Shown here piece by piece: positions 26,090 through 37,670 of a stretch of 64,000 nucleotides of DNA. This stretch comes from Vicugna vicugna (taxonomy: Eukaryota). The stretch is from the NCBI GenBank assembly GCA_013265495.1, contig MU058037.1:869498-933497 (forward strand). Direction: 5' to 3'. Both the position numbers and the translations under genes were made by a program. Below the pieces are notes generated by a model. The model searched no databases and was not told the DNA's origin. It was given only the letters and a program-made list of their open reading frames with translations. The stretch's first letter is position 1. Every line of letters starts with the position of its first letter.

Positions 26090-26442
26090 TGAAGGTGGGC
26101 AAGCCTCAGCGGTCTTGACCAGCACTCTTCCAACTGGCAAACTCTTTAATTACCATTCCGGTCTCAGTTTAAGTCTTCCTCAAAGGGGCCTTCCCAGATC
26201 TTGCAGTTTAACTCGTGGCCTCTTGTGGATCTCACTCACCGCATTATGTCCTCTCCCTATATAATACTCATTACAATTTGTAACTCCTAGTTTCCTCGGG
26301 GAACTGTGCCTTTCACAGCTGTCTTCCTCGCTGTCCTGTTAAGCTCCCTAAGAGCAGTGATTTGTTCACTGCTGTGTATCCAGCAATGAGCCCTAGGTCT
26401 GAGACACAGGAGGTACTCGATACATGTTTGTAGAAATGAATG
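26090..26442 (+). mobile_element. L2 3' region
   Basis: taagctccctaagagcag...ttgttcactgctgtgtatccagca...aggtactcgatacatgtttgtagaaatgaatg. Confidence 0.7.
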
Positions 26443-28300
26443 GCAAAGAAAATTAAATATGGCCATTATAGTCCTTTTAGTTTATAAAATGCTAAAATTT
26501 TCGAAGTAACTCTCCTTTAAGTGAACGAGTCAGAGAGCTGACTGGGCCTTATTCACTAGAGCTCAGGCGGTGACTGACTGACCACCCTGCTGTATGGACT
26601 GGAGAGAGAACAGGACACAAAATGTGAAAGTTGTTCAGTCTTTTTTCCCTCCATTTTTGCCATCCTTAATCTTGACTCTCGTTTCATAAATGCCTTTCTG
26701 GTATGCCGTGAAGACATCTATTGTTTGGGCCAGTCACCCACATTGGGCTTAATGGGGAAATGTTAGCAACTATCAAAATCACAACTCGGCAGAATTTGAG
26801 GGAATCCAGTCAAGCAACACGTGGTCAGAAGTGGATCTGTTCTCCACTTTCTCTGGGTTCTTATTCTGTTACTTATCCAATTGATGCAGTTGGTCATTGG
26901 TTGTTGGGTCCAGTTCGAGCAGCCAATGTGAGCTGAGATCTCGATTTTATTTGCTGTGTCTGTACAACAACAAAACATGCCCCAGCTTTGAATCCAGATT
27001 ACGTCTGACATGCAAAAGACCCCAGCAACCAAGCTCCCCACTTAGCATCAGACTTCTCATTTGATTAGATCCATTTCCATCCACATCTTTCAACATTGCA
27101 TAGACTTGCCTTTGGTGGCACTACTAAACCACTTTTATACAATATTAGGTTGATTTATTTGTCTGGTTTTAGGAAGCATTATCTAATTTTAGCTAACTGA
27201 GCACAAGTTTGCATCTTGCTGTTGTATCAGTGTGTGTTTTAACAAATGCACTTAGCAGAGCCTCATTTTGATGGGTAAGTTTCCTAACTATGCAATAATC
27301 GATCCTTGTACAGCTGCTTTAATCAATTTTAGTATTTTCTTGAATAGATTCTATGCCTGTATCATTTTGTCACTTCTCAATTGAGGGAGTGCGCAGAAGT
27401 TGCCAGAAGCAGCAAAAATTCACATTTATAGAATACCTTTTCACTGCATTGAGATTTTTCATGTTTCATAATCTTTCTGGAAGATGTTTCTGAAGGATTT
27501 CTCAGAAGACAGATGCATTGGTTTCTGTGACTGATGACAGTCTGACTTCACAAGTGGCCTTTTTGAGAGGTTACTAAGACTTGACACGTTAACATCCCAT
27601 AAATCTCCCGTGTTCCAATTCCACAACGTACATTTCCCCTCCACCAGCCAGGGCAGAGAGGAATGCTTGTGCTCCTTTGACAGTTATGCCTAAGAAAGGA
27701 AAAAGGGAAGCCACTTCTGCAGGGACATAAACCTGCTCGATGTCTCTGCTATTTTATGTACATACCCCACTTCTCTCTTGCCGCCTCCAAGAAAATATGT
27801 GTGACCTTTGATAGAGCAGAAGAACCTTGTAAACCTCTCTGATGTTTAATAATTTCATTATTCTTACTGGAATGATGTACCAGCCGGTACAGACAGCTTG
27901 TGGAACTCAGCTCATGGGTAAATGTTCAGTCTCATGCTGTTTTAACAACATTGGCTCCATCATCAGTGCAAATAGAACCAGTGGAAAGAATCTGAGGAGT
28001 GAGATATTTATTTGGAGTTGCGGCTGTGATTCTGTTTTCCCAGGCGCCACGATGAAGGTGCACTTTCTGGGAGATGAGGCACTGACCATGCCACCGAGTC
28101 CCCCATGAGGGCTTGCTCAGTATTTGCTGGTAATGATGATGATGTAATTCCATGAGGCAGCTGTCAGTTAACAAACCTCATGAGTCTCAATCAGCCCTGA
28201 TTTAATATGCCCTTCAGTAAAGGTTAAAACATGGGGAAACTCAAAATATACACTGTGTAGAAAAAATGTACTACAGCTTTTAACAAGTTACTTTAAAAGC

Positions 28301-28420
28301 ATTTTGGGGATTTTGAGGGGGTTAATTAGATTGATTGATTATTTTTTAACAGAGGTACTGTTGAACCCAGGACCTCGTGCATGCTAAGCACGCGCTCTGC
28401 TGCTGAGCTGTACCCACCCC
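28301..28420 (-). mobile_element. Camelid tRNA-derived SINE (vic-1 type)
   Basis: reverse strand reads ggggtgggtacagctcagcagcagagcgcgtgcttagcatgcacgaggtcctgggttcaac...ctaattaacccc, like the copy at 38865. Confidence 0.85.
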
Positions 28421-28841
28421 TGTATTGCAGCTTTTGAATGAGTGCTTTTTAAAGGAAAATGTACCCTTTTAAAGGAAGATGCTCAATTTTTCAATTATTT
28501 CTCTCCAACTATAAGTGTCTTCTCTCTCGCTGGACCAAAAAAAAAAAAAACGATCTATACACACACACACAGAAGCATATATCTCAGTATAATTATACAC
28601 AAATAAGATTAATTCCAGAATGTAATGCAACTGTCTTCATCATCACAAAATAAACAGTGAGCAGAATATCTCTTGCTGTTGGACTCACCAGCTTGCAATA
28701 TTTTCAGGGTAGGCTGGTGCTTCTAACATGAATGATTTACCATTCCTTTCTCCTTTCCTATCATATTGATCATTTACTTACCAGGGAAGATTTTGTACCA
28801 TGAGCAACAGCTTTTAAGGCTAGATTTAGAAGTGTCTACAC

Positions 28842-29035
28842 TAGTGATTCTCCACTGGGTTGCACATGAGAATCAACCGGGGTGATTTTAAAATTCACCC
28901 TGCCAGGGTTGTACGCTAGGCCAATTAAATCAGAAATTGGGGAATCAGAACTTGGGAGCTAGCGGACATGGACACAATACTTTTAGAGCTTCTGAAGTGA
29001 CTCCACTGTGTAGCCAAGGGTGAAAACCAACAGCC
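28842..29035. mobile_element. MER5A-like MITE
   Basis: agtgattctccactgggttgcacatgagaatcaacc...ccaattaaatcagaa...agccaagggtgaaaacca. Confidence 0.8.
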
Positions 29036-29392
29036 CACAGCAACAAATGGTTTGATCAGTGAATGAGCCAGTCTTGAGTTAAAAATTGTAAGTTCCACGA
29101 AGCCATTAGACAACTGACAACTATAGCATCTGGAAAGATTTCACAAAGCAAAACCTTGTTAGGATGGAAAGGAACAGGACATGTCAACACGACAGCTTAC
29201 CAATGACTGCACTCTGAGTAACTTTCCAAGGCAATCTAGGAGAGACTCCCTGCGCTGTCGTCCTCTCCCCACCTTTTGGCCAAAAGACCTGGGGCACGTG
29301 ACATTTCATCTTAGAGCCCTAGCTTCCTCTTCTACGAAATGCTGTTGCTATTACCAGAATCTACTTCGTATCATGAAGATGAAGTGGACTAA

Positions 29393-29617
29393 GGGAGGAT
29401 CGGCAAACATTTTCGGAAAGGGGCCTATCATTTTGGCTTTACAGGCCGTACCGTGTCTGTGTAACTACTCAGCTCTGCCGCTGAGGTGTAATAAGCAGCC
29501 GTCAGCACTGGGGAAATGAACGCGAGGTCATTAGAGCTGTGTTCTCATTTAACCTGATTAACAACAACAGGTAGTGGCCCAAATTCAGCCCCCAGGCTGC
29601 AGCTTGCCAACGCCTGC
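29393..29617. mobile_element. MER58A-like MITE
   Basis: ggatcggcaaacattttc...aactactcagctctgccg...gcagcttgccaacgcctgc. Confidence 0.85.
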
Positions 29618-29789
29618 ACTAACACATGCTACACGGTCGCTACAGGATGTTGCATTTTTGTTACGAAGTGTGGAAAGGAAGCCATCTCCCTAAGATATAC
29701 ACCTTTAGCCCTCTCTCTCAGCTCCTTTTAACCCGACTGGACTTCAGCTGGAAGAACAAAACTCCAAGGGCTGCAGTTCCTAGGAAAGG

Positions 29790-30260
29790 AGAACGTGGCG
29801 GGTGTCCTGTGTCTGTTTTCTCCCTTCACAGTGGCCACGGTCCCAGAGCTGGGGGCGAAGAGAACTAAGGCCGGAGCGCAGGGCCCGAGTGCACTGCCCC
29901 GGCGGCGCATCGCTTTACGGGAGCTCTCGGAGCAAACAGCACAGACACTAAAGCCATTAGGGAAACTGTGAATTAAACCCTGAGTTGTAAGGAGCCGCTG
30001 AAATCCCAGAGATGCAATAAATCATCACTGTCAACTGCTCAGCATGAGTAATAAAAAGTATCAATCCACTTAGCTAGAAATGAATTTGAAAATCGTGCTT
30101 TAAACAATAGTGATCTGTGAGCAAAATCAACAACGAAGCAGTTCTGCTATTTCATCCTTCAGGGAAGGACCGAGGAGCGTGATCCCGGCGGCGAGTTAGC
30201 TTCTTTGGTATCAAGGGAGCAGGAGTCAGTGAGGAACGGCTGTGTGAGTCAGCAGTTAGA
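29790..30260. promoter_or_regulatory. Candidate enhancer: CpG-rich patch plus MEIS/PBX-HOX, posterior HOX/CDX and MARE/AP-1 motifs
   Basis: 13 CpGs in 29791-29930; TGACAG-tga-TGATTTAT on the - strand (30017-30033); GTAATAAAA at 30048-30056; TGAGTCAGCA at 30245-30254; no repeat recognised. Confidence 0.5.
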
Positions 30261-30949
30261 AACAAAACTCAATGCAGTGCTTCACTCCTTCCTGAGGATA
30301 TTAAACACATCCTTTTTTCCCCGCAGGTCATATTTCAAAGGCCAGATCCTTCCCAAGGCCTAAACTGTTCCTTGGATAATTTCAGTCAGCCGTTCATTCA
30401 CTAATCATTTAGTAACCACTTCAACATGCCAAGCAATGTGCTCGGGGCTGGAAAAGCCAAGGCCAGGAAGCCCGTGTCCTTGCCCTCAAGACCTCTCTAG
30501 GGCCACTCTTTAAATTTGCTCATTCCGATGCCCACATTCTTAACTTTTCTCCCAGGAAGAATCCTAAGGACCAAATCTTACCTATTTTCTCAAATGGCTT
30601 CGAAGACCCACATCATCAGGTGGTGTCCTGTCATTCTTTGCTGATGTACTTTCATCTTTGAGTTTTGCTTGCTTCATGTTGATGTCAAAGACAGGCTCAG
30701 CGTGCGGGGGTGTCTTTCTCATTAAATCTTTCCTCACAAAACTCCAGAGTGCTTTCATCATTTAAGAAAAAGCCAAAAGCTATCTGACTTGTTTAAATGT
30801 GTGCGAGGACTTGTGGGGAAGGGAGGGGGAAAATGACAAGAACAAGTGGTAGGAATTTATCATAGTTACTATCTGTAAACTCCTAAGTAAGGTCCGCAGA
30901 GCCTAATGCATGGACGGCATCGAAGATCTCATTCGGGAGTGTGTCTGCA

Positions 30950-31438
30950 GTAGGTACAAAACACAGTAATGCCCCCCTCCAAAGATGCCCGCGTCCTAAT
31001 TCCCAGAAACTGTGAATTTGTTGTACTATCGTGTAATGATGACTTGGCAAAATGGACTTTGCGGGTGTGATTAAGTTAAGGATCTTGAGATGAGGAGATC
31101 ATGCTGGATGAGCTGGGTGGGCCAATGGAATTGCAAGGGTCCTTATAAAGGAAAGGGGGCAGGAGTGTCAGAGTCAGAAAGAAAGAAGGCGATTGAAGAT
31201 GCTACACTGCAGGCTTTGAAAACAAAGTAAGGAGCCATGAGGCCGGGCATGCAAACAGCCTCTGGAAGCAGAAGGAGGCAACAAACACATTGTCCTTGAG
31301 AGCCTCCGTGGAGGGACACAGCCCTATGGACCCATTTTAGACTTCTGACCTCCAGAAGTGTAAAAGAATGCATCTGTGTTGCTGTTAAGCCACTAAGATT
31401 GTGCTCATGTGTTACAGCAGTAGCAGGGAACTCATACA
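30950..31438 (+). mobile_element. MaLR solo LTR, MLT1D-like, near full length
   Basis: ccccctccaaagatgcccgcgtcctaattccc...gtgattaagttaaggatcttgagatg...gacttctgacctccagaa...gttacagcagtagcagggaactcataca. Confidence 0.9.
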
Positions 31439-32099
31439 GCACACCCCTACAGGTATATTGCTAACAAATGCAGAAAGGGAGAGGGGTGCCCTTTAATTCA
31501 AGTGTGCTGATTTGCCACCTTAGATAATTTGTTTATAGTCACGATATAAGCAAAGCAGTTTATGTTCTCACCCTCGGCTTGTCTTTCCTAAATAAGGCTA
31601 TCACAACCATTTGTTGGGAATTTGAGAATATTTTATCGGCACAGCACGTTTCTTGCATTAGATTATTTGTTGTACTAATGATTGAAAAACCCAGAAAAAT
31701 ACAAAATTGCATATGGGGGCTGGAGAAAATGTTCTCTACGAGACAGGAACAGTTAAATGTTTGTGGGTACGTGTGAGCATGAAGGAAACCATTTCTGGCC
31801 CATCAAGGCTTATAGAAACACAGTGATCAATAATGTATAAAGAATTTTATCTTAAAAATCAAATGGCCCTGATTTTAAAAGAACAGAATATATTGCATTT
31901 GCACAGTCCTAATTTTAATATACAGTCCCTTTTCAATCACCATTTAAAAACCCCTCATTATGATCAAATTAGTGTTCCAAAATAGGTATTTTAGAGTAAC
32001 ATTTATAATTGCTCAAGTAATCGGACTCACAGTGGGTTGTGAGCCGCAGAACAGGACTCCAGCTTTGACCACTCTGAGCTCTCAGGATTTTGTTGCTAT

Positions 32100-32280
32100 T
32101 ACTGATCCCTAGGCCTGCATATGCCACTTCTGATGCCAAGGCACTGCGCCAAGTGCTTTATAAATATTCACTTATTTAGTCCTCACAGCAACCTTTTGAG
32201 GTGAACACTTATTGTCCCGCTTTTACAAACTAGGAAACTGAGGTACAGAGTGACCAAGTAACTTGCCCAAGTTCCTAAAG
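32100..32280 (-). mobile_element. MIR SINE
   Basis: ggcactgcgccaagtgcttta...tcctcacagcaacc...aggaaactgaggtacagag...aagtaacttgcccaag. Confidence 0.85.
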
Positions 32281-32749
32281 AACTTTAGCCCCTGGCAGAT
32301 ATCACGAATGGAAATTGGGGACTGTTGGCCAAATCCCAGGATACCCCAGGAACTCTCCAGCAAGGAGGCAAGGAACTGGCCGAGGTTTCGGGAGAGCAGA
32401 AGTCATGTGTCCTGCCATATGGATGGAGATGTAACACCCACAGCCAGAGGAAGGTGGTATAAGGCCCTCAATAGAGGAAAAGTACCAAACCGAAAGGGCA
32501 TGGCCAGTGTTGGTGGTTGAAAAGAAGAATGATCATTTAGGAGTTAGCTTCTGCACCTCTGGGTGAAGAAGCTTCCACCTCTGGGAAAATCTCCTTCCTC
32601 TTGGGGTTAAGCTGGCTCAAGTTCTCTCTGAGCGGAACACAAGCACAGACCATGGTGGGAGCAGAAGACCTCCATGCAGGCCAGATCACAGTGGGAAGCT
32701 GCAGCCACCACCAAAGAGGAGGGGGAAAGATGCTGCTAGAGGAGATCAT

Positions 32750-32920
32750 AAGAGTTCTCATCAAGAGGGAAAAAATAATTTGTAACTATGTGAGGTGATA
32801 GATATTAACTAAACTTACTGCAGTAATCATTTTGCAATACATTTGCATGTATCAAATCATTACACTGTACACTTAAAACTTAGACAATGTTCTATGTCAG
32901 TTATCTGTCATTAAAACTGG
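32750..32920 (+). mobile_element. Old L1 (L1MA/L1MB-like) extreme 3' end
   Basis: gtaactatgtgaggtgatagatattaactaaactta...atcaaatcattacactgtacacttaaaactta. Confidence 0.8.
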
Positions 32921-33831
32921 TCCAGTATGATGCCCATGATAACATCATAAACATAATTTCATCACATAGATTCAGGAGAAAAACAAACCTATTAGATCTG
33001 CAGAATCAGCTGTCTTCCAACTGTTAGTTTATCCCGGAGTGGCAAAAACATTGAAGTATTTCATTAAATATTTTAAAAACTGAAGCTTATTTGTTTCCAT
33101 GCAATACAGTAAGTTAAGCTGCCATCACAAAATGCTTTTTTCACTAGCATCTCAGTTACAAGTAATTAGGTGTTTTTAAATGGTTTGTGATGCTAAAATC
33201 AGTTGGTCTTTAAGTATTTTAACATCCCATGCTAACTTCCACCATGACAAAAAAAGTGTTTTTCTTTTCCTACTGAACAAAAATTTTGTTCCCCATACCC
33301 CCGAAAAAGGCAAACTGGTACCCAGAAAGTTTGATTTATCAGAACTCTGAATTACAATTCCAGAAACTATAAAGAAGCAAACATGTTAAAAATTAAATCA
33401 AGGAAACATTTGGTTTATTTAAGAATAAGCACCCAAACATATGTGTCTAAATTTCCTGAGTTCTCAAATCTTGGCCCAAAACATCTTGGGAAAGCAGATA
33501 TACCAAAGAGGTTTCTTGGCATACATCTTTCTGAGTTGTAAATACTAGTAGAGTAACGTTTCTCTAAATAATTTTGGCACATTCAGTGTTAAGAACATTT
33601 AGAACAGAATCTGATTCTGTTCTAATCAAAATTAGTATTGAACTCTAATTTTAATCAAATTATGTCAACTACTAATTTCTGTCAGCTTATTTATTTGCAT
33701 TTATTTTGCCACACAGTAAAAGAGAGGGACTCAGAGAGGCGGGTGGGGTGTCTGTCTGGTCAGCCCCAGGAAACTAGAAAGCCAGGTATCATGTAGGTTC
33801 CCGGAAGATGCGCCTACAATAGAAGCCAGCG

Positions 33832-33850
33832 GCTCCACTAGATGGCGCCA
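33832..33850 (+). promoter_or_regulatory. CTCF binding motif
   Basis: gctCCACTAGATGGCGCca matches the CTCF core CCASYAGRKGGCRS; lies in non-repeat sequence with retained CpGs. Confidence 0.7.
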
Positions 33851-34199
33851 TAAAAGACCACAGATTGGTGTACATAAACCTTTCTCCATAGTACCGCTTA
33901 CTAGAGCAGAGCTGATAAAATGGTCCGTCTTTCTTTTGTGACTTCTTCCCCTACTGCCTGTGTTCATAAACCTATAAACTCACAGAACTCAATATCCGAA
34001 GTCACTTTAACTCTTGAGTCTTTGGGCAACACAAAGCAATAAACAAGGCATGAATTTTGCAGATGCAGTGAAACCCAGCCCAACCCACACAGAGGACAGA
34101 AAATATTTACTTTAAAGAGATTATTGTGCAAGTAGGAAAAGGTATCTGCAGAAAGCTGTTTACTGAGGTAGTCTATAATAAGAAGAAATGAAAGCAGAA

Positions 34200-34900
34200 C
34201 AGTTTATATACGGTACAAACACACAATGGAGTACTGTGTGATTACTAAAAGCCATGCTGTCGATCTGTATTTGTGGAATGAGATGACATTCATGAAATAG
34301 AGATGAATGAAAGGGGCCAATAATAAAATAATGTGCAAAGAGGTCCCACATAAGTAAAATTGAATACACAGAATGTATTTCTATATATGTGCAAAGAGAC
34401 ATCTTACAGGAGCCAAAATGATAACTAATTATCTTCGGATGCAATTTCCTGTGGCCATCATTCCTTTATTTTCCCTTTTTAGTATTGAGCTCTTCTGTAA
34501 TGAGTATGTAATATTTTTATTAAAATAATAAAAACTATATAATAAAGATATATAAAAATAAATAGAGTACAACAGTGTAGTTCAAACCAACCAACTAGGT
34601 ACGCCTATAGCAATACGTACATATCTTAAAAGCACAGTGCTAAGAATAAAAGAAGTCAACTAAATAAAATATATAATAAGAAAAGATCAATTATATATAT
34701 TAAAATATGTGCACATAATGCAATTTTATAAGACCATACTTAAAAGATACATACTAGCTATTTTTAAATGGTTGCTTCTGGTGAGGACTGGGGGCATGAG
34801 AGAGTCAACTGAGGGGAAAAGAAATACTAATGAATTAATTGCCTGAACCGATGCTAGTAACTTTCCCCATACTATTACTCAACCCCTACACCTGAGGCCC
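34200..34900 (+). mobile_element. Highly decayed L1 (L1ME-like) 3' fragments
   Basis: acacaatggagtactgtgtgattactaaaa; atatcttaaaagcacagtgctaag; aatggttgcttctgg. Confidence 0.5.
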
Positions 34901-36958
34901 CAAAATGCAGACACAAATTTAAGAACAAGAAACATTTCAACATAAAAGCATATGTATAAAAATGGACAGTTTATTGGCTATTTTCAAAGAAACTATGGCC
35001 TATAGATTGTAGAACCTAAGGGGTCTGAAGACCTGCAGACACATCATCTTGGACATGTAACTTAACCTTACTAAAGCCCCATTTGTTTATCTATTAAATA
35101 AGGAAAATCTCTTTTTCAGGTGTTACTAAGATTTGTGATGTCATTGTCAAAAATAATCATTGTGACTCCCAGTTTCAGCTCTGGCAAGTCAAGAGCTTAG
35201 AACTGTCATCCATACAACAAGAAAAAGCTGGACACACTACAAATCAATGACTTGTCTGGGACCTGTCAGAGAACTGAGTTTTCAAGGGAAACCATCACAA
35301 TGAAATCTGGAGAGACAGGCAAATCAAGAGTCACAGCCACAACCTGCTTACCTGAAATAGAAGCCACTGGAACCATCAACTGGTTAGAACACTTAAATAA
35401 TTTCATTGACTTTATCTCCAGGATCCCCACTAGGATCTCAAGATGAAGAGCCAAGAAAGATCCCTTCATGGCTCAGGAAGGGAAAAGAGTAAAATAATTT
35501 CGGTAAAATATGTTCAGAGCTTTCTGCATAACAAAGGCCTAGACTTCATGGAAAAAGACTTCACCAAAGTCTTGTCCCAGATCTTCTCCCTAGACCCCCT
35601 CCAGCATTCCTATCTCACATAATTGGGAGCGGGGAAGCTATACAAGAAAAAATACTTGTGATGATCACAAGTCAGTCACAGGTTCCCTCAAAGACTGAGA
35701 TGTCATTAGAAGATTATAAAATGCTTCACCTCCCCCACATCAAGGTATGGCATCCCCATTCCAACAGGGCTGCAGCAGAATACAGTAGATTGTAGCTCAC
35801 AGAGCAGAAAGACACATCTTCTCTGAGAAGTACTTAGGGAAGCCCAGAGTCCACAATGAAGACAAACAAGGACACTAGAGGACTTTGAAGCCTCTGGCAC
35901 CTACAGCCACAGCAAACATAAAACAAAGCCCAGCTTCTAGGCAGATTAACATAAATCCTCACACCAGAGGTCTTTTGCCCTCAGTTCCTATTACCCAATA
36001 CAACATCCCCAACTCTGAATTTTAAAAATACAAGCCATGCTAGTAAACCTGTCTGAAGAGACAAAGTAAGCAGAGAACTGGATTCAGATGCACCATGGAT
36101 GGACTTACCTGGCAGGGTATTTACAATAGCTGTAACTAATATAATAAGGGTGCTAATGGAAAGAAGAGACAACACGCAAGAATGTATGAGTCATATAAAA
36201 AGAGATGTGGAAAGAATCAACAGGAAATGCTGGAAATCAGAACCACTGCAAAAGAAATGAACGATGCCTTCAATATTTATCAGGGAACAGAGACTCAGTA
36301 CTGTGGAGGAATCAGTGACCTGGAAGGTAACTCAGTAGAAAATTCACAAATTGAAATGCAAAGAGAAAAAATAAGCTTAACAAAATGACAAACATCCAAG
36401 AACTGCGGGAAGATTTCAAAAGATATCACAGGTTTGTAACTGGAATACCAAAAGGAGAAGAAAGTGAACAGAGCCAAATAAATTTTTAAAGGAATAATGG
36501 CTGAGAACTTTCCAAAATTAATGACAAACAGCAGACCACATAGCTCAGAGAATGGCAAGCAGGAGAACTGCACGCACGCGCACGCACACACACACTGCTG
36601 GGCATATCATTCCAACTGCGGAAAACCAAAGACAAAGAGAAAACCTAGAAAAAAACTAGAGAATAAAAACACCAGTAGAGAAGCAAAAACATAAATCACA
36701 TCTGATTTCTCATCGGAATCCATGAAAATAAGGAGGGAATAGAGTGAAATATTTAAACTGTTGAAAGAAAAAAATCACCAACCTGGTATTATATATCCAG
36801 GGGAATTATCCTTCAAAAATGGAGAAATAAAGGCTTTCCCAGACAAACAAGTAAGAGAATTCATCCCTAAAAGACCTGTTCTGTAAGAAATATTAAAAGA
36901 TTTTCTACAGGCAGAAGGAAAATTATTTAAGTCACAAGGTTAGCTCTATATAAAGAAA

Positions 36959-37141
36959 CAGAATAGATAAACAAGTTTATACTGTATAGCACAGGGAACT
37001 ATATTCGATATCTTGTAGTAGCTTACAGTGAAAAAGAATATGAAAACAAATAGATGTATATTTATGTACAACTAAAGCATTGTGCTGTACACCAGAAATT
37101 GACACAACAATGTAAACTGACTATACATCAATTAAAAAAAA
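36959..37141 (+). mobile_element. Short younger L1 3' end nested in the old L1
   Basis: agaatagataaacaagtttatactgtatagcacagggaactatattc...gtaaactgactatacatcaattaaaaaaa; flanked by aaagaaa on both sides. Confidence 0.85.
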
Positions 37142-37366
37142 GAAAGAGCATCAGAGAAGGAATAAATGAAGCTAAAATATTTTTTAATTGATCTAATATA
37201 TACCTGCCTGTTTAAAGTGGTAATAGTAACAATGCATTGATAACATATGGATAAACAATGTCCCAAAGGATAGGAGGGAAGAATTGGGAATACACTGTCA
37301 TAAGGTACCTGTACTACACATGAAATGCAATAGTGCTGTCTGAAGGCGGACTTACATTAGTTAAAA

Positions 37367-37670
37367 CGAAGTTACTTACAAAACAGAAACAGACTCACAG
37401 ACATAGAAAACAAACTTATGGTTACCAGGGGGGAATGGGGGTGGGGAGGGATAAATTGGGAGTTGGGGATTTGCACATAATAACTACTATATATAAAATA
37501 GGTAAACAACAAGGTCCTACTGTATAGCACAGGGAACTATATTCATTATCTTGTAATAACCTATATTGAAAAAGAATATGAAAAGGAATATATATGTATA
37601 AATAAATCTGTATGCAGTACACCAGAAATTAACACATTGTAAATCGACTATACTTCAATTAAAAAGTTTT
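37367..37670 (+). mobile_element. Younger L1 3'UTR fragment nested in the old L1
   Basis: acaaaacagaaacagactcacagacatagaaaacaaacttatggttacc...ctgtatagcacagggaactatattc...tacttcaattaaaaa. Confidence 0.9.

Noticed and set aside
28772..28809. 38-nt minus-strand exon shape with CTG|gtaagt donor
   Set aside because: Poor polypyrimidine tract and no recognisable peptide; isolated donor matches are common in 64 kb.
30581..30760. Minus-strand ORF of about 59 aa ending at a TAG|gtaaga donor-like site
   Set aside because: The open frame stops exactly at the donor, the other two frames have stops just upstream, and there is no convincing acceptor.
37428..37468. G-quadruplex motif
   Set aside because: Ordinary G-rich tract of the L1 3'UTR, also present in the other L1 tails here.
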